Source: Nitrospirae bacterium MYbin3 (GTDB lineage Bacteria > Nitrospirota > Thermodesulfovibrionia > Thermodesulfovibrionales > Dissulfurispiraceae). Taken from it: 64,000 bases of DNA. Positions 59,305 to 64,000 of this stretch are shown one piece after another (positions within the stretch are counted from its first letter, which is position 1; every line of letters starts with the position of its first letter). The stretch is from assembly GCA_002753335.1 (NCBI GenBank), contig PEAD01000016.1, positions 1 through 64,000 of the forward strand. Direction: 5' to 3'. The translations under genes were made by a program, and so were the position numbers. The notes under the pieces were generated by a model that saw only the letters and a list, made by a program, of their open reading frames with translations, was not told the origin of the DNA and ran no database searches.

Positions 59305-60618
59305 ATGAACAGAAAAATAAAAAAACATCTTGCATCAATTTTTGCCTTCATGTTTTTTCTCTCGCTACCCATATGCGAAGCTCAGGAATATACTCTCGAT
59401 CGTCTTTATCCCATCGCGTTGGAGTATGCAGAAAAGATAAAACTTTCGGAAGAAGACCTTATCATCTCTGAAGCAAGCCGCGATAAGTCGCTCTCATCAT
59501 TGCTTCCTAAGGTATCAACCTATGCAGGCATTACAAAATATACAGACGATAAATATACCACCACAGGCGTTCTGTTACAGTACAAAGAAACTTCAAACTG
59601 GGGAGTTCGACTCGACCAATCAATATCGCTCGGAGGCAAAGAAATAAAGGCGCTGAACATGTCTCAGGAAAACATTCAGAAAAGCCGCTTTGATCTGGCT
59701 TCGATGCGCGAGGAATATCTCTATACGGTTTCATCAGCTTTTTTTGATGTACTCAGGGCCAGCAAGGCGGTCGAGATAGCCAAATCAAATCTCGAAAGAT
59801 TAGGCAAGCATAAAACAGCAGCAGAAACAAAACTACGCGTAGGAGAAGTTACCAAAACCGCGCTGCTCAGGGCTCAGGCAGAATTTTCGGCTGCCAAGTC
59901 CGAGCTTGTAAAAGCAGAAAATGGGCTAAAGCTCTCCAAAGCAATACTTTCAAGACTAACAGGCATCGAAAGCGAGTTCAATTTAAAAGAACCGGATGAA
60001 GATTATAAAAACAAATCCGCTTTTGCAGAACAGGGACTTGAAGCTCTGAAGCAAAAAGCTTTGAGCGAGCGGACCGAAATAAAATCGGCTATGGCCCAGA
60101 AGAAAATAGCGGACGGGCAGCTTTCATTCGCAAAAGGCGGGCATTGGCCATCCCTCGGAGTTGAAGGCGTTTACTCAAAAATGAACGCTAAGCCTGATTC
60201 GGTAACCCTAAATAAATCGAGCGTTTACGGGGGGCTGAAACTTACCCTGCCGATTTTTGAAGGCGGGCTTAGGGTGGCTGAAGTAAAAGAGGCTACTGCA
60301 AAACAGAAACAGGCATCATTGAACTTTAATGACCTTAAGAAAAGTATCAATATAGAGGTTGAAAGAGCATATCTCGACTTCTCAACACAGAAAGACATGA
60401 TGAACTCGAATCAAGAACAGGTTGTCTTCGCAAAAGACAACTACAATGCGGTGTCCAAGCAGTTTGAGTTCGGCCTCGCCAACAGCCTCGACGTTATGGA
60501 TGCCAACAACCTGCTCGTCTCTTCAGAAAAACAGCTTGCAGAAACACGCTACAATATTGACCTCTCACTTTTGAAGATAAAACGGTCTGTCGGAATTCCG
60601 CTGTATTCTGGCAAATAA
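59305..60618 (+). CDS. TolC-family outer membrane factor (second copy)
   Basis: Signal peptide, LLPKV, HWPSL, LPIFEGG, OEP repeats; start moved to ATG at 59305. Confidence 0.9.
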   Translation: MNRKIKKHLASIFAFMFFLSLPICEAQEYTLDRLYPIALEYAEKIKLSEEDLIISEASRDKSLSSLLPKVSTYAGITKYTDDKYTTTGVLLQYKETSNWGVRLDQSISLGGKEIKALNMSQENIQKSRFDLASMREEYLYTVSSAFFDVLRASKAVEIAKSNLERLGKHKTAAETKLRVGEVTKTALLRAQAEFSAAKSELVKAENGLKLSKAILSRLTGIESEFNLKEPDEDYKNKSAFAEQGLEALKQKALSERTEIKSAMAQKKIADGQLSFAKGGHWPSLGVEGVYSKMNAKPDSVTLNKSSVYGGLKLTLPIFEGGLRVAEVKEATAKQKQASLNFNDLKKSINIEVERAYLDFSTQKDMMNSNQEQVVFAKDNYNAVSKQFEFGLANSLDVMDANNLLVSSEKQLAETRYNIDLSLLKIKRSVGIPLYSGK

Positions 60619-60628
60619 TAGTTGGTAT

Positions 60629-61050
60629 TTACTGCCCGATTAATATTTTTGATTTATCCCCTATGATTTGAGGGGTTTGGATTCTTCCATGCATACGTTT
60701 TGCATAATATGGGATACCTTCATTTTCATCCGTAATCAGCCTATAAAAATCATCAGCGGTAACTTTATCCTTGCCACGAGTTAAAAGGTCTTTAACCGAT
60801 TCAAGAAAGAAATAGGTGAACATGCTATGTTTTTTATCAGGATACCATGAACTCACTTCTGTTCCTTTAGAAGAGGTCATTATTACAGCATTGGGTATAT
60901 TTGCAACAGCATTTTTGACTTCCATGACAAGGGGGCTCATATTCTTTAAAAGAGAACCTTTCTCTGAAACACCGCTAAAGCAGGCATCAACTAAAACGTA
61001 GATATTAGGAGAACTCTTCTCTTTTGATATTTGGGCTATTTGTTGACAAC
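60629..61050 (-). pseudogene. 3' remnant of a caspase-like (peptidase C14) gene
   Basis: The frame upstream of the listed ATG reads ...SSPNIYVLVDACFSGVSEKG..., then S..W...HSMFTYFFL and QTPQ; catalytic His region and start codon are missing. Confidence 0.75.
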
Positions 61051-61071
61051 TGTCACGCTACGCGTTACAAT
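61043..61071 (+). promoter_or_regulatory. sigma-70 promoter of higBA with palindromic operator in the spacer
   Basis: TTGACA-N17-TACAAT; TGTCACGC-TAC-GCGTTACA at 61051-61069; ATG 8 nt after the -10. Confidence 0.85.
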
Positions 61072-61079
61072 CTATACAG

Positions 61080-61361
61080 ATGATAAAAACATTTGCCGAC
61101 AAACACACGTATGAGCTATATGCAACCGGCAAATCAAAGCGATTGCATAAAGATATTTTAAAGAGGGCTTTGCGACGCATGGAATATATTGATAATGCTA
61201 CTTGCATTGACGACCTAATAGTGCCTCCAAGCAACAGGCTGCATAGCCTCAGGGGTGACAGAGAAGGACATTATTCCATATCAACAAACGAGAAATGGAG
61301 AATATGTTTCCGTTTTATTGACGGAGACGCATACGATGTCGAAATAACAGATTATCATTGA
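61080..61361 (+). CDS. higB: HigB-family toxin
   Basis: MIKTFADK, PPSNRLHSLRGDREG.YSI..N.KWRICF, VEITDYH. Confidence 0.93.
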   Translation: MIKTFADKHTYELYATGKSKRLHKDILKRALRRMEYIDNATCIDDLIVPPSNRLHSLRGDREGHYSISTNEKWRICFRFIDGDAYDVEITDYH

Positions 61362-61371
61362 GAGGTGTGTT

Positions 61372-61686
61372 ATGAGTATAAAAAATATTGAAGCAAGACA
61401 GATTAAACCAACGCATCCCGGCGAGATGCTGATGAAGGATTTCATGCCGGACTATGGCCTTACTGCAGCGGGTCTTGCTGCTAAATTGGGGGTTTCCCGC
61501 CAGACAGTAAATGAAATACTCCGCGAGAAACGCTCCATAAGCCCTTCAATGGCCTTACGGCTTTCACGCCTGTTCGGGAATACGCCGGAATTTTGGCTTA
61601 ATTCGCAGCGTGCAGTTGATCTATGGCTAGCAGAGAAGGAAAATAGAAAAACGCTAAACAATATAAAGCCGCTAAAGGCGGCATAA
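61372..61686 (+). CDS. higA: HigA antitoxin (Xre HTH)
   Basis: PTHPGEML, GVSRQTVNEI, MALRLSRLFG.TPEFWLNSQ. Confidence 0.94.
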   Translation: MSIKNIEARQIKPTHPGEMLMKDFMPDYGLTAAGLAAKLGVSRQTVNEILREKRSISPSMALRLSRLFGNTPEFWLNSQRAVDLWLAEKENRKTLNNIKPLKAA

Positions 61687-64000
61687 ACGCTTCTTCAAAA
61701 ATTGTCCGGTATAAGATTCAGCGCATAACGCCACTTCTTCGGGAGTGCCTTTAGCCACAATCCTGCCGCCGTTATCTCCCCCTTCAGGCCCCAAGTCGAT
61801 AATGTAATCCGCAGACTTTATGATGTCGAGATCATGCTCAATCACAATAACCGTGTTGCCCATATCAACAAGCCTGTTTATCACATTAAGCAGCCTTTGT
61901 ATATCAACAAAATGAAGGCCGGTCGTTGGTTCATCAAGTATGTACATAGTTTTGCCTGTAGATTTTTTGCTCAGTTCCCTCGAAAGTCTTAGCCTCTGCG
62001 CCTCGCCGCCAGAAAGAGTGGTTGCGGATTGGCCAAGCCTTAAATAACCGAGTCCTACTTCGTCAAGCATATCGAGCCGTTGCCTTATATGGGGAACAGC
62101 TTCAAAAAAATCTATCGCCTCAGATACGGTCATATCAAGAACCTGAGCTATATTTTTGCTTTTATAAAACACTTCGAGAGTCTCACGGTTATAGCGCTTA
62201 CCCTTGCAGTCATCGCAGGTAACATAAACCGAAGGCAGAAAATGCATCTCGACCTTTTTAAGACCGCCCCCCTCACACGCTTCGCATCTTCCGGAAGCTA
62301 CATTAAAGCTGAACCGAGAGATATTGTACCCCCTGACCCGCGACTCAGGAAGCTGCGCGAACAACTCACGAACAAAATTCAAAATACCGGTATATGTTGC
62401 AGGATTTGACCTTGGTGTCCTGCCAAGTGGAGACTGATCCACACAGATAACTCGGTCAATCTTCTCGATGCCTTCTATCTTTTTGTGTTTGCCAGGAAGC
62501 ATATCGATATTATTAATGCGCTGCCATAGAGACTTGTACAGGACTTCGTGAATAAGCGTGCTTTTCCCTGAACCCGAAACTCCGGTAACGCATACAAACT
62601 GGCCGAGCGGCAGCGACACATCTATTCTTTTTAGATTAAATGCTTCAGCTCCGACTATCTCTATGCAATCATTATTGGCCCTTCTGTTTTTAGGAACAGG
62701 TATTGTTGACTCCCCGCAAAGATAGCGTCCGGTTACCGATGATGGGTTGGCCTCTATGCTTTTCGGCGATCCCTCTGCAATCACCCAACCACCATTTTTC
62801 CCTGCGCCGGGCCCCATATCTATTACAAAGTCGGCTGCCCTTATGGTATCTTCATCATGCTCGACTATTACAACCGTATTGCCTGCATCCCTTATTTCAT
62901 AAAGACTGTTTAAAAGATTTTTGCAATCTCTCGTATGTAGTCCGATGCTCGGCTCATCCAAAATATAAAGAACTCCGGTAAGAGATGATCCAAGCTGAGT
63001 AGCAAGCCTAATACGCTGGGCCTCTCCGCCAGAAAGCGTTAATGAATGCCTGTTGAGCGTAAGATAGCCAAGCCCAACCTTATCTAAAAAAGATAACCTG
63101 TCAGAGACCTCTTTCAGCACTTTCTTTGCAATAGACTGCTCGCGTTCGGTCAGATTAAGGTTCTCGATAAAATTTTTAGCCGCTTCAATATTCATCGCCG
63201 AGAATTCGCCGATGCTTTTGCCCTGAAGCTTTACGCTCAACGATTCGGGACGCAGCCTCATACCGCCGCATTCGCGGCAGTCCGAAAAATGAGCGTTACC
63301 TGCGTCTAAAACGCTGTCATCAAAAAAATCGTTTGACATTCCTTCGATTCCGAGGCCTTTGCAGCGGCTGCAGGCTCCGTATTTGCTATTAAAAGAAAAC
63401 ATCATAGGCTCTATCTCAGGGTAGCTTATACCGCATTGAGGACAGGCAAGGTTTCTGCTGAATGGAATATCACGGTCTTCATCAACAAGATTAATAATCA
63501 CAGTATCGGCGTATTTTAGCGCAGTATCGATGGCATGTTTTATCTGTTTTTCGATCGAACTCTTAATGATAAACCTGTCTATAACTATTTCTATCGTATG
63601 GCGCTGCTGCTTTTTGAGCTCGATATCACCTGTAAGGTCAAACATTTTTCCGTCTATGCGTGCCCTCACAAAACCGTCCATGCGCATTCTGTAAAGTTCT
63701 TTCTTGTATTCACCCTTGCGCTCCCGTACTATCGGCGCGAGAACCTGAACCCTCGTTCCGGCAGAAAATGAGCTGACCGCCCGAATTATATTGTGCAGAT
63801 CCTGCGTAGATATTAAAGAACCGCAGCCGTAGCAATAAGGTACGCCTATCCGAGTGTAGAGAACCCTCATGTAGTCGTATATCTCGGTTATAGTTCCTAC
63901 GGTTGAACGCGGGCTGCGGGTGACGGTTTTCTGGTCTATCGCGATTGCAGGAGAAAGGCCCTCGATGTAATCCACATCAGGCTTCTGCATCTGCTCCAGA
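61672..64000 (-). CDS. uvrA: Excinuclease ABC subunit UvrA (5' end outside window)
   Basis: GLSPAIAIDQK, RSTVGT, LSGGEAQRIRLA, GVSGSGKST, GRTPRSNP, zinc fingers. Confidence 0.98.
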   Translation of the reverse strand, partial: LEQMQKPDVDYIEGLSPAIAIDQKTVTRSPRSTVGTITEIYDYMRVLYTRIGVPYCYGCGSLISTQDLHNIIRAVSSFSAGTRVQVLAPIVRERKGEYKKELYRMRMDGFVRARIDGKMFDLTGDIELKKQQRHTIEIVIDRFIIKSSIEKQIKHAIDTALKYADTVIINLVDEDRDIPFSRNLACPQCGISYPEIEPMMFSFNSKYGACSRCKGLGIEGMSNDFFDDSVLDAGNAHFSDCRECGGMRLRPESLSVKLQGKSIGEFSAMNIEAAKNFIENLNLTEREQSIAKKVLKEVSDRLSFLDKVGLGYLTLNRHSLTLSGGEAQRIRLATQLGSSLTGVLYILDEPSIGLHTRDCKNLLNSLYEIRDAGNTVVIVEHDEDTIRAADFVIDMGPGAGKNGGWVIAEGSPKSIEANPSSVTGRYLCGESTIPVPKNRRANNDCIEIVGAEAFNLKRIDVSLPLGQFVCVTGVSGSGKSTLIHEVLYKSLWQRINNIDMLPGKHKKIEGIEKIDRVICVDQSPLGRTPRSNPATYTGILNFVRELFAQLPESRVRGYNISRFSFNVASGRCEACEGGGLKKVEMHFLPSVYVTCDDCKGKRYNRETLEVFYKSKNIAQVLDMTVSEAIDFFEAVPHIRQRLDMLDEVGLGYLRLGQSATTLSGGEAQRLRLSRELSKKSTGKTMYILDEPTTGLHFVDIQRLLNVINRLVDMGNTVIVIEHDLDIIKSADYIIDLGPEGGDNGGRIVAKGTPEEVALCAESYTGQFLKKRLCRL

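Noticed and set aside
1..64000. CRISPR arrays, rRNA genes, intact IS elements or integrases
   Set aside because: The intergenic gaps are short, and on reading none showed spaced direct repeats or an intact transposase/integrase ORF

Overview
A 64-kb bacterial chromosomal segment, probably from an anaerobic Gram-negative organism. Gene content suggests Nitrospirota/Thermodesulfovibrionia or a deltaproteobacterium-like lineage; this is inference only. Housekeeping genes are plsY, pgsA, kdsC/D/A, mutS-coaE-ribF, aconitase, secA, uvrA and tRNA-Val(GAC). Accessory modules are interleaved with them: (1) a sigma-54-driven OmcE-like tetraheme cytochrome (candidate nanowire subunit) beside a GT-C/TPR membrane protein; (2) an orphan DRTGG/anti-sigma kinase/PHP/HATPase module of the type normally found next to [FeFe]-hydrogenases; (3) a ~14-kb signalling island with a lone CheR beside a 4HB-HAMP-GAF hybrid kinase; (4) a TetR-controlled MacAB + RND efflux operon whose operator recurs 17.6 kb away before a second TolC gene; (5) an AmiC/UrtA-PAS-GGDEF-EAL-BLUF light/ligand sensor; (6) a sigma-54-driven 7-gene cluster (HAD phosphatase, class III aminotransferase, SMR transporter, ACP, FabF-like KS, Cys-nucleophile hydrolase, GNAT) that plausibly makes an N-acylated amino-alcohol (serinol-type) lipid; (7) two toxin-first TA modules, one abutting a truncated caspase-like gene. 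No CRISPR array, rRNA or intact mobile element was seen. All family assignments come from motif recognition, without database searches.
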